A stretch of DNA of 64,000 nt from a bacterium (GTDB lineage Bacteria; Myxococcota_A; UBA9160; UBA6930), in assembly GCA_024228115.1 (NCBI GenBank), contig JAAETT010000234.1:26220-90219 (forward strand). The letters run 5' to 3'. The notes under the pieces are model-generated. The model was given only the letters and a program-made list of their open reading frames with translations, did no database searches and had not been told where the DNA came from. Each line of letters begins with the position of its first letter. Within the stretch, counting starts at the first letter, position 1. Below, piece by piece: positions 30,341 through 40,231 of this stretch. The position numbers and the translations under genes were made by a program.

Positions 30341-31170
30341 CCCTCACCCCTTTGTCTGGGAGCGACGAAGTAGGGTCGCCGCATTTCAAAGTCCCGCCGC
30401 GCTCTCGCTACCGGGCTCTCCGGAAGCTCCTGCTCGCGTGCAGGCCTCGATTTTCGTTGTCCTGGTCTGGTTGCCGGCGTGGCGCCCGGCTTCGGTTTCC
30501 CGGATCCAGTCAGCTGGCTCTCGGGTTCTCTCGCTGTCTCTTGGGCGCTTCACTGGTCCGGTGGGAGGCGCCCTCTTCGCAACTCCGATCCGTACCCGGC
30601 TGACAGGTGGTCCCGCCTTGCCGTTTTCCTCTCACCTGTTGCGGGTTCGTTCCGCTTCGGAGGCCCACGTGACGCTCGATCCAGGCGACGCAACACAAAA
30701 ACTCGTGCAACGCTCGTCCCAGTCGTCCTCACGCTGGCCACTCTGCTGCATCGCGACGCGTTGCAGCAGAGTCATTTAGTGAGAAAAATCAGGCAGTTCG
30801 GAAGACCGTTTCCAGCTGGAGTTGCCGGAGCCCGTCATTCCTAATCCATTCGGACTGCAGGATATTCCGCTTTAGTCCGTTTGCCAAGCATGAAATGACG
30901 CTCTCGGAAAGAAAATATTCATTAGCAATCTCAGCTACTTGAGAGCATTTCCTCGATACGATCGAGTCACCTCCTGACGCGACGCGCCATGATGACCCGA
31001 ACGAGCGGTCGGGAAACGCTGCGTCATGTGTCTTTTTCTGCGCGTCACGCCCCGAACTCGTGCTTTTTCCGGCTGCACTGCGCAGAATCGCAGGACTGCG
31101 CGGCCCGCCTGACCATCGAACAGGCGCGGACCCGAGGCCCGCAGCCCTTCTCGAATGCGACCCGATGCGC

Positions 31171-31758
31171 CTAGGCGAAGGACGCCTTGCGGTGGCGAAT
31201 CAGTTCCATGAACTCCGATCGGGTCATCGGGTCGGTCTGGAAGACGCCCTTCAACGAACTGGTGATGGCGAACGTGTTCTGCTGCTGCACGCCACGCATC
31301 ATCATGCAGAGGTGGATCGACTCGGCGACCACCGCGACACCCCTTGGCTGGAGCACCTTCTCGAGGGTCTCCGCCACCTCCATGGTGAGGCGCTCCTGCA
31401 CCTGAAGGCGCCGCGCGAACATCTCGACCACACGAGGAATCTTGGAAAGCCCGACGACCTTGCCGTCCGGGATGTACGCCACGTGGACGCGCCCGAAGAA
31501 AGGCAGCATGTGGTGTTCGCAGAGGCTGTAGAACTCGATGTCTTTGACGACGACCATCTCGTCGTAGCTCACATCGAACATGGCGCCATTGAGGATTTCG
31601 ACCGGATCTTCCTCGTAGCCCTTGGTCAGGAAACGCATGGCCTTCGCCACCCGCGCCGGCGTCCGGTCGAGACCATCCCGCTCGGGATCCTGGCCGAGTT
31701 CGGCGAGCAGTCCCCGAATCAGGGGTTCGATGGGATCGGCGTCGTGGGCGTCGCTCAT
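31171..31758 (-). CDS. folE: GTP cyclohydrolase I
   Basis: Start trimmed to ATG 31758 ([11 protein letters not shown]). [14 protein letters not shown] and HLCMMMRGV motifs. Confidence 0.92.
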   Translation of the reverse strand: MSDAHDADPIEPLIRGLLAELGQDPERDGLDRTPARVAKAMRFLTKGYEEDPVEILNGAMFDVSYDEMVVVKDIEFYSLCEHHMLPFFGRVHVAYIPDGKVVGLSKIPRVVEMFARRLQVQERLTMEVAETLEKVLQPRGVAVVAESIHLCMMMRGVQQQNTFAITSSLKGVFQTDPMTRSEFMELIRHRKASFA

Positions 31759-31813
31759 TGAGGGCCTCCGTCGGGCAAACGCGGACTCTAGCCCAACGCC
31801 CCTCAAGGCCCGA

Positions 31814-32416
31814 TCAGTAGCTGCGCAGGAGCCCTCGCACGACGCCGCGGATCTGGACATCCTCGGCGGGAACTTCGATCGGCCGGAGCGTCTGGTTGGC
31901 AGGCTCCAGGATCACTTTGGGGCCCTTCTTGTAGAACTTCTTGAGCGTCGCTTCGGAGCCGCGCACCAGTGCGACGACCGTCTCTCCGTTGCGGGCCTCT
32001 GGGCGGCTCTCGATGACGACGAGGTCACCGTCCTGGATGTGCTCATCGATCATCGAATCGCCGCGCACCTGGAGAACGAAGCTCTCGCCGCGCCGACGCA
32101 CCATTTCCTGAGGCACCGCGACGCGCTCGTCCACCTCGAAGGCCTCGATCGGGGCGCCTGCCGCGACCGTGCCGAGCAGCGGGAGTTCCACGAGGCCGGT
32201 CCGCTCCTCGTCCATGGGCTCGACCGAGCGGGAGCGATTCCAGGCCTTCTTCAGGAAGCCCTTCTCCACCAGGTGCTGGACGTGCTTGTGGACCGTCGCC
32301 ACGGAGGAGAGCCCGAACGCTTGTCCGATCTCCTCCAGGCTCGGCGAATAGCCCTTCTCATCTACGAATTGGCGAATGAAATCGTAGATTTCTCGCTGGC
32401 GACGGGTCAGGGCCAC
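31814..32416 (-). CDS. lexA: SOS repressor LexA
   Basis: Start trimmed to GTG 32416, with a GGAGGC RBS. Winged HTH ([29 protein letters not shown]), the AAG cleavage region ([11 protein letters not shown]), and the S24 peptidase [11 protein letters not shown] ... TLKKF. Confidence 0.9.
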   Translation of the reverse strand: MALTRRQREIYDFIRQFVDEKGYSPSLEEIGQAFGLSSVATVHKHVQHLVEKGFLKKAWNRSRSVEPMDEERTGLVELPLLGTVAAGAPIEAFEVDERVAVPQEMVRRRGESFVLQVRGDSMIDEHIQDGDLVVIESRPEARNGETVVALVRGSEATLKKFYKKGPKVILEPANQTLRPIEVPAEDVQIRGVVRGLLRSY

Positions 32417-32543
32417 GAAACGGCCTCCAAACGGTGATTTCGCCGGAGATTCGCCGAACAGAAGGCGAAGGTCAAGCAAGAACCCAAGAAAAACAGGGTG
32501 CTGACTTGACCTTGAAAAACTCGTGCATACCGTCCGGGCTGGT

Positions 32544-32570
32544 TTGGCAAACACTCGCGTCGAGTGCTAA
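32544..32570 (+). promoter_or_regulatory. CIRCE-like HrcA operator upstream of groES
   Basis: TTGGCAAAC-ACTCGCGTC-GAGTGCTAA compared with the consensus TTAGCACTC-N9-GAGTGCTAA. The right arm is perfect and the left arm matches 6 of 9. It also contains the smaller perfect palindrome CACTCG-CGT-CGAGTG. It lies 91 nt upstream of the groES ATG, and hrcA is present in the window. Confidence 0.6.
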
Positions 32571-32660
32571 CTCGACCCGCTCGGATCGTTCCGATCCGAG
32601 TCATCCCCAACGCCCGCCCCACCCCCATCCCGGGTGAGGGTCTCGGAGGAGTTCGCTGGT

Positions 32661-32948
32661 ATGAAGATCCGACCGCTCCAGGACAGGATCCTGGTCAAGC
32701 GCCTGGACGAAGAAGAGAAGACCGCCGGGGGAATCATCATCCCCGATTCGGCCAAGGAGAAGCCCCAGGAAGGCGTCGTCATCGGCGCAGGAGGAGGCAA
32801 GGTCCGCGAAGACGGCACCGTTCAACCCTTGGACGTGAAGAAGGGCGACAAGGTGCTGTTCAGCAAATATGCGGGCACTGAAGTCAACCTGGACGGCGAA
32901 GAGCACCTGATCATCCGCGAGGACGACGTCCTCGGGGTTCTGGAGTAA
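32661..32948 (+). CDS. groES: co-chaperonin GroES
   Basis: [41 protein letters not shown] 32661 follows a GGAGGAG RBS. Confidence 0.95.
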   Translation: MKIRPLQDRILVKRLDEEEKTAGGIIIPDSAKEKPQEGVVIGAGGGKVREDGTVQPLDVKKGDKVLFSKYAGTEVNLDGEEHLIIREDDVLGVLE

Positions 32949-34610
<1,662 letters not shown>

Positions 34611-34634
34611 GCGTCCTCGGACGTGCTCATCCCA

Positions 34635-34671
34635 CCGCCCCGGAGCTTCCGCTCCGGGGCGGTTCTTTTTT
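34635..34671 (+). terminator. rho-independent terminator of groESL
   Basis: Perfect 12-bp GC stem CCGCCCCGGAGC / GCTCCGGGGCGG with loop TTCC, followed by TTCTTTTTT. Confidence 0.8.
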
Positions 34672-34724
34672 GAGGCGCATGCCGGCCGCTCAAGGCTCCG
34701 GGGGGTCGGGCCGAAACGACCCGT

Positions 34725-36086
34725 GTGGACGAGCGTCAGAGCCAGGAGCGGCTCGCGAAACGGCTGACTGCGATGGGACTCGAGGTCGAGATCCTGGCCG
34801 GTGGCCGCTGTCTGCGCGGCGTCTTGTCGCTCGCTCACGAACCGTTCTTGACGCCCTCTGGGCCCCTCACGGTCTCCAGCATCGAGTTTGCCAGTGTGGG
34901 CCCCCAGCGCATCAAATGCCTGAGGCCCGCTTCCTTCTTCCAGCTGCCCATCATCTCGATCGCCGGCTGCGGAGAAGCCTCCGAGCTGGAGGGACGCATC
35001 CGCGCGGCCTGGATCGATCACATGGCGGGCCAGCGGAACCTGCGAAGCCAACTCGTGGAATCGCAGCTCGCCCATGAGAGCGAATGGGACGAGGCCGGCC
35101 TGGCACTCTCGGTCGGCCAGGATGATCCCGGCGCCCGGGCCCGTTGGATCGAGGGACGAACGTTCGCCCTCCCCTCGCCGGGCCCACTTGCCGGCCATGC
35201 CCTGGCGAGAGCCTCCGACCGGGTCATCGACCTACCGGCCGAGGCTCGCTCTGCTTCGGAGATCGAGATCGCCATCACCTCATGCCTGGATGAACTCACG
35301 CGACAGCTCGACCAACGTGAAGCCCGACGCCGGCGCCGCAGCGCCCTGGAGGGTGATGAAAGCCCGGCCGAGCCTCTGCACCCGGTCTTCCGGGGTCGCG
35401 ACCGCCAGATCCTGCTGGTCGGTCCGCAGCTCGCCGAGGATGCGGCGCTCGACGCAGCACTGCGCCAACGGGGCTTTCGCACGACCCAGGCTCGCGGTGC
35501 GGACAGCGCGCGCCGGGCGTTCGACGAGAGCTCATTCGAAGTGGTCGTGACCGACGCGGTTCTGGACCGGGCCGAAGGCCTCGAGCTGATTCCGACCCTG
35601 GCCGACGTACCTGGCATCGGGCAGCTGCCGGTCGTCCTGATCGACGACCGGGCCCGCGAAGGCCGAAGGGAGGCCGCTCGGGCCCTCGGCGCCGCCGGAT
35701 ACCTCGTGCGCCCACTCGACCCCCAGCGCCTGGCCGCGGGCCTGGAGCGCATGCTGGTCGAACGCCCGCGCCGCCGCTTCGACCGCTTCGCACGCAAACT
35801 GGCTGTGGCGTGGACAGACGGCTGCGACGGGTTCACGACCGTCGTCGGCCGGCTCGGAATGTTCGTCTCGACGGGGCGACAGAGCTCCCCGGGTGCCCTC
35901 GAGAGCGTGGAACTCGCGCTCCCCGAAACGGGGGAGCGCGTTTCCATGGACGTCGAAACCCTCTACCGCGTGGATCCCCGCGGCGGACGCGATCCCGGCA
36001 TCGGCGTGCGCATCCGCGCCTTCTCGGACGATCACGAGAGCCTATGGATCGACTATCTGACGGCCCTCGAAGGTGCGACTGGCTAG
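34725..36086 (+). CDS. three-part protein: unknown N-terminal domain, degenerate receiver (REC-like) domain, PilZ-like C-terminal domain
   Basis: REC-like region ILLVGPQLAEDAALDAALRQRGFRTTQARGADSARRAFDESSFEVVVTDAVLD...LPVVLIDD...GAAGYLVRP. The acidic pair is replaced by GPQ and the conserved Lys by Arg. The PilZ-like region has RRRFDRFAR and then ...VVGRLGMFVST ... GIGVRIRAF, so the D/NxSxxG motif is not conserved. Confidence 0.5.
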   Translation: MDERQSQERLAKRLTAMGLEVEILAGGRCLRGVLSLAHEPFLTPSGPLTVSSIEFASVGPQRIKCLRPASFFQLPIISIAGCGEASELEGRIRAAWIDHMAGQRNLRSQLVESQLAHESEWDEAGLALSVGQDDPGARARWIEGRTFALPSPGPLAGHALARASDRVIDLPAEARSASEIEIAITSCLDELTRQLDQREARRRRRSALEGDESPAEPLHPVFRGRDRQILLVGPQLAEDAALDAALRQRGFRTTQARGADSARRAFDESSFEVVVTDAVLDRAEGLELIPTLADVPGIGQLPVVLIDDRAREGRREAARALGAAGYLVRPLDPQRLAAGLERMLVERPRRRFDRFARKLAVAWTDGCDGFTTVVGRLGMFVSTGRQSSPGALESVELALPETGERVSMDVETLYRVDPRGGRDPGIGVRIRAFSDDHESLWIDYLTALEGATG

Positions 36087-36093
36087 CGCTGGC

Positions 36094-36306
36094 TCAGCCC
36101 AGCTTTGCGCGGGCCTTGTCGATATCGCTGTCCATGATCGTCTTGCGCTTGTCGGCGATCGCAGAGGCGTGAGCCTCACGCGCAAGCCGCGCAAGAAAAT
36201 CTTCCGTGGCTTCGACCGCTCGGTCGATCGCCGATCCAGAAACCCTGAGCCCGTCGCCATGTTTGGTGATGAGCCGCTTCACGACCGCGTTCGGCAAGTC
36301 TGCCAT
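36094..36306 (-). CDS. bacterial histone-fold protein (archaeal HMf-type singlet histone homologue)
   Basis: 70 aa: MADLPNAVVKRLITKHGDGLRVSGSAIDRAVEATEDFLARLAREAHASAIADKRKTIMDSDIDKARAKLG. It aligns along its full length with archaeal HMfB as remembered (LP.A...R.I, RVS, a long central helix, then RKTI...DI). A strong AGGAGG sits 5 nt before the ATG. The gene has its own 87-nt upstream intergenic region with a TTGACA hexamer at 36368..36363. Confidence 0.8.
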   Translation of the reverse strand: MADLPNAVVKRLITKHGDGLRVSGSAIDRAVEATEDFLARLAREAHASAIADKRKTIMDSDIDKARAKLG

Positions 36307-36393
36307 TCGTACCTCCTGCGTGGTGTCTCGCTGGTGTGAAACAAACAGCGGCCGAGGGGGATTGTCAAACCCGTCGATTGTAGTGTTCTACCC

Positions 36394-37605
36394 TCAGCTA
36401 TTTCGAGCCGCTTCCTCAGCCGCTCTCACCACCTCGCCAAGAGACCGGTTCTCGCGACGGGCCGCACGCTTGCAATCGTCGTACTCGGCGGACACTTCGA
36501 GTTGGCCGTCGGGAGCGGTGACGAACTTCACGCGGATCTTCCCGAAATCGGTGTCCACTCGGCGCACTTCACGCGGCAGGATCAGGCGATCCGCTTCCAG
36601 GCAGCGGACGCCGAGACTGCCCGTCACGGAGAGCAAGCGCGTTGCCATCGGAATGCGATCGGCCGGGGTCGTGAGCACGCGCAGGAGAAAACCCGGCCGA
36701 TTCTTCTTCGTCTGCACATGCTGGAGCGAGACGTCGAGCGCACCCGCCTCGAGCAGCTGCTCCATCACGTGATCGAAATGCTCGGGAACCAGATCATCCA
36801 GATTCGCCTCGAGACAGACGACCCGATCCGCGCCACCGCCGCTCTCCCGCCCGATCACCACACGCAACACATTCGGGAGAGGACCCGGCCGATCGTTCCC
36901 GGCGCCGTGGCCAATCGCCTCGATGGTCATCGCCGGGAGCCCGGTGAACTCGTCGGCGAGTGTGCGCAAGATCGCCGCGCCGGTGGGGGTGATCGTCTCC
37001 CAGTTCACGTGGGCGGGCACGGTCGGCACCCCACGCAACAACTCGAACGTGGCCGGTGCCGGAAGAGGAAGTCGGCCGTGCTCGGTTTCTACGACACCTT
37101 CGCCCAACGCCACCGGCCCTACCGTGACACGCTCGATCCCCATCGCGTTCACCGCAATGGCAGCACCCGTGATATCGACGATGGCGTCCACGGCGCCCAC
37201 CTCGTGGAAGTGGACCTTCTCGATCGGAATGCCATGCACGCGTGCCTCCGCCCGGGCCAGGACGGCGAAGATCGCCTGGGCCTGGTCACGCACCTGCGCG
37301 TCGAGCTTTGCAGCGTCGAGCAGACGACGAATCGTATCGAAGTGACGGTGGGGATGGTGATGACCATGCCGGGGCTTCGGCACCTTCACATCCACATAGG
37401 GCGCGGCCAGGGCGCCTCGCTTCGCGCGGCGGACGACCAGGCGATGATCCACACCGAGGCCGCCGAGCGCCTCCGTGAGCTTTCGACGCGGCAAGCCCGC
37501 GTCGAGCATCGCACCCAGGAACATATTGCCAGCAGCGCCAGAGAACGGATCCAGATGGAGAACGCGACGCCCCCCCGCGGGCGCCTTCGGCTTGGGTTTC
37601 GCCAC
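36394..37605 (-). CDS. larC: nickel-pincer cofactor nickel insertion protein LarC (DUF111)
   Basis: VLHLDPFSGAAGNMFLGAMLDAGLP, a His-rich PRHGHHHPHRH stretch, and HFHEVGAVDAIVDITG. Confidence 0.85.
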   Translation of the reverse strand: MAKPKPKAPAGGRRVLHLDPFSGAAGNMFLGAMLDAGLPRRKLTEALGGLGVDHRLVVRRAKRGALAAPYVDVKVPKPRHGHHHPHRHFDTIRRLLDAAKLDAQVRDQAQAIFAVLARAEARVHGIPIEKVHFHEVGAVDAIVDITGAAIAVNAMGIERVTVGPVALGEGVVETEHGRLPLPAPATFELLRGVPTVPAHVNWETITPTGAAILRTLADEFTGLPAMTIEAIGHGAGNDRPGPLPNVLRVVIGRESGGGADRVVCLEANLDDLVPEHFDHVMEQLLEAGALDVSLQHVQTKKNRPGFLLRVLTTPADRIPMATRLLSVTGSLGVRCLEADRLILPREVRRVDTDFGKIRVKFVTAPDGQLEVSAEYDDCKRAARRENRSLGEVVRAAEEAARNS

Positions 37606-37607
37606 GC

Positions 37608-38363
37608 TCAGAGCCTGTTGATGAGGGTCGCCACGGTCGCAGCGCCAAAACCGTTGTCGATGTTCACCACTGTCACATTCGATGCGCAGCTGTTCAACAT
37701 GGCGAGTAGCGCCGCGAGGCCACCGAACGAAGCGCCGTAACCGACGCTGGTGGGCACGGCGATCACCGGCTTGTCGATCAGCCCTCCGACCACCGAGGCC
37801 AGGGCTCCCTCCATGCCAGCGACTGCGATCACCACACGAGCGCTCCGAAGCAATCGGCTCTCGCCTAACAGACGGTGCAGGCCGGCAACGCCGACGTCAG
37901 CGAGTAGCTCCACCTTGTTCCCGAAGCGCCTGGCCACGCCGGCTGCTTCTCGCGCGACCGGGAGATCCGACGTTCCCGCGCAGACCACGGCGATCGTTCC
38001 CTTGCCACGAATCTCGACCTCGGCCGGCCCGAACCAGAGCAACCGAGAGGCCTCGTCGTATTCTCCGCCAGGCAGTAGAGCCAGGATTTGCTGGGCAGCC
38101 GCCGGCTCGATCCGCGTCGCGAGCGGCGATTGGCCCGCCTCCACCAACGCCCGCGCGATCTCCGCGATCTGTCCCGGCTCCTTGCCGAGCCCGAAGATCA
38201 CCTCGGGGAGACCCTGACGAAGCGCCCGGTGGACATCGACGCGAGCCGCCCCCGATGGCGTCTCGATCGCAGGCGGCTGGGCGAGCGCTTCGAGAGCCTC
38301 GTCCGTGTCCAGCTCCCCGCTCCGTACCGCTTCGAGCAAAGCCCTTGCTTGTTCGCGTTCCAC
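37608..38363 (-). CDS. larB: nickel-pincer cofactor biosynthesis protein LarB (PurE-like carboxylase/hydrolase)
   Basis: [45 protein letters not shown] and [11 protein letters not shown] motifs. GTG start. Confidence 0.85.
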   Translation of the reverse strand: MEREQARALLEAVRSGELDTDEALEALAQPPAIETPSGAARVDVHRALRQGLPEVIFGLGKEPGQIAEIARALVEAGQSPLATRIEPAAAQQILALLPGGEYDEASRLLWFGPAEVEIRGKGTIAVVCAGTSDLPVAREAAGVARRFGNKVELLADVGVAGLHRLLGESRLLRSARVVIAVAGMEGALASVVGGLIDKPVIAVPTSVGYGASFGGLAALLAMLNSCASNVTVVNIDNGFGAATVATLINRL

Positions 38364-38408
38364 CGCGCGAGAGTAGCCGACTCCCCAGGCACCAAGTAAT
38401 GAGGCATC

Positions 38409-38515
38409 GGAAAGTCAACCAGTGGGGACGGAGTTTACAATTGACTTGTTGAAGAGGGGCGCTGCCCCTCTTCAACAAGTCAATTGTAAACTCCGTCCCC
38501 ACTGGTTGACTTTCC
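38409..38515. repeat. 107-bp perfect hairpin palindrome (52-bp arms, 3-nt centre GCT)
   Basis: 38409..38460 (GGAAAGTCAACCAGTGGGGACGGAGTTTACAATTGACTTGTTGAAGAGGGGC) is the exact reverse complement of 38464..38515. This is confirmed by the two opposite-strand track ORFs that end in the same peptide KVNQWGRSLQLTC. The arms are about 50 percent GC by hand count, within GC-rich flanks. Confidence 0.95.
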
Positions 38516-38525
38516 CAGAGCCGCA

Positions 38526-40106
38526 TTGACCGGTCGAGGCGCCCCCCCGAACATGAGGAACATGAGTCGGATGAGCAGAGTGGTGGCAGGGATTGCCACG
38601 CTGATTCTGGTGGCGCTCAGCTTCCCGCCACTCGGCTACTGGCCGCTTGCATTCGCGATGCTGGTCCCGATGTTGCTCGCATTGGAGCACCTCTCCGTGC
38701 TGCGGGCGATCGGGTTCGTGTGGCTCACCTGGATTGCGGTCGTCGTCGTCGTGTGGCGATCGGCCATCCACATCCTTTCCGTCGAGTTCCCTGTACCCGC
38801 CCCGCTTGCCTGGATCGTCCTGCTGCTCGTCGGCCTGGTCGGTGCGATCCCCCCAGCCCTGGCCGCAGGCGCCTACGGGCGGCTTCGCCCGAAGCTTCGA
38901 GCCAGCTCAGCTCCCCTGGTCTTCGCGGCGTTCTGGGTACTTGCCGAGTGGTTCCAGGTCGAGGCACTCCGCTTGCCGTGGTTGCTCTCGTCCCACACCC
39001 TGGCGCGCGTGCCGCTGGCGCTCCAGACGGCCGACCTGTTTGGCGCCTACGCGGTGAGCTTCTTGTTGGTCTCCCTGAATGCGGGGCTCGCCATCGCCCT
39101 GCTTCGCCGCTCGCTTCGGCCCGCACTCGTTCCCCTGCTGCTCGCCGTGCTGGCGGCCGGCTACGGAGCCTGGAGGCTCAGCAGCCCTGCCGGCTCTGGT
39201 GATGCATGGAGCATCGGGCTGGTACAGGCGGCGGTTCCGCAGTCGCAGCGCTTCCAACCCGGCTCGGCCCTGCGAAATACCCGCCGCCACCAGCAGCTGA
39301 CCCGGGCGCTGGCGGAGGGCCGGGAGCTGGATCTCGTCATCTGGTCCGAGACGACCATCGACACCGACCTGGACCAGACACCGAGGCTTCGGCAGGAGGT
39401 CGAGGCGTTCGCGAAGGATCTCGGCGTTCCGATCCTGACGGGCGCACCCCGCTCGAAAGAGGGATCGCCCACCAACTCGGTGGTCCTGATCCAGCCCGAC
39501 TCCGGAATCGGGGAGAGCTACGACAAACAAGTGCTGGTCCCGTTCGCGGAATCCGACCCACCGCTGCGGCCGATCTGGCAACCACTGCTAGGCGAGTTGG
39601 CAGTCGGGGTCCCCTACGTCCCGGGCCGCGTGCCCACCGTCTTCGCATCCGGCCCGGGACGTTTCTCCACTCCCATATGCTTCGAGACCGTATTCCCGGG
39701 AACGATCCGGGAGTTCGTCCGAGAGGGCGCGGGCTATCTCATCAACCTCTCGAACGATGTCTGGTTCGGAAGCCGGAGCGGTATGGAGATGCAGTTCCGG
39801 CATGCCATCTTCCGAGCCGTCGAGCATCGGAGCTGGGTGGTGCGGGCCGCCAACACCGGGATTTCCGGCTTCATCGATCCGGCCGGTCGCATCGTCGCCT
39901 CGATCGGTAGCTTCGATGAGGGGACGCTCACCGGGTCCGTGCAGAACTCCGAAGAGCAGACGCTCTATGCATGGGCCGGCGATCTACCGCTGCTGGTGAT
40001 CCTGGTCGCCCTACCCACCCTCGCATACTTCCGGGACAGGCATCGAACGGCAGATTGTTCACCCAACCCCGCTGATTCCCCGCAAGATGAGTGTGGGGTT
40101 TCTTAG
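38526..40106 (+). CDS. lnt: apolipoprotein N-acyltransferase
   Basis: Multi-TM N-terminal half and a nitrilase-like domain with the catalytic Cys context STPICFETVFPG and WVVRAANTGISGFIDP. The start is uncertain: TTG 38526, or ATG 38553, 38562 or 38571. Confidence 0.85.
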   Translation: MTGRGAPPNMRNMSRMSRVVAGIATLILVALSFPPLGYWPLAFAMLVPMLLALEHLSVLRAIGFVWLTWIAVVVVVWRSAIHILSVEFPVPAPLAWIVLLLVGLVGAIPPALAAGAYGRLRPKLRASSAPLVFAAFWVLAEWFQVEALRLPWLLSSHTLARVPLALQTADLFGAYAVSFLLVSLNAGLAIALLRRSLRPALVPLLLAVLAAGYGAWRLSSPAGSGDAWSIGLVQAAVPQSQRFQPGSALRNTRRHQQLTRALAEGRELDLVIWSETTIDTDLDQTPRLRQEVEAFAKDLGVPILTGAPRSKEGSPTNSVVLIQPDSGIGESYDKQVLVPFAESDPPLRPIWQPLLGELAVGVPYVPGRVPTVFASGPGRFSTPICFETVFPGTIREFVREGAGYLINLSNDVWFGSRSGMEMQFRHAIFRAVEHRSWVVRAANTGISGFIDPAGRIVASIGSFDEGTLTGSVQNSEEQTLYAWAGDLPLLVILVALPTLAYFRDRHRTADCSPNPADSPQDECGVS

Positions 40107-40231
40107 CCGGAACCTCGAGAAACCACTCGGAACCGGAAATTGACCCGTCTTGGGACCTCCGGAACTGCTCCCAACGGGAGGAGTTGGAGAGGTCCGATCC
40201 CGCGCTCACGAAAAGCTCCTAGGAGACCTGC

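Noticed and set aside
30341-30770. Possible RNase P RNA, tmRNA, SRP RNA or 6S RNA in the long gap upstream of the sigma gene
   Set aside because: Fragments resembling AAAGTCC and AGAACCCG occur, but on opposite strands and without the full GGAAAGTCCGGGC / ACAGAACCCGGCTTA contexts. There is no tmRNA tag or T-arm-like 3' end. I cannot support any RNA gene call by eye.
32417-32543. LexA (SOS) box upstream of lexA
   Set aside because: There is no CTGT-N8-ACAG, GAAC-N4-GTTC or other clear palindrome. The only candidate is GGT-N9-ACC within GGTTCTTGCTTGACC, overlapping a TTGACC hexamer, which is too weak to call.
38409-38515. Palindrome as an integron attC site, a protelomerase target or an intrinsic terminator
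   Set aside because: attC sites are imperfect, with extrahelical bases and RYYYAAC/GTTRRRY cores that are not seen here. Protelomerase sites have even-length dyad symmetry and need a phage or plasmid context. It lies upstream of both neighbouring genes and lacks a U-tract, so it is not a terminator.
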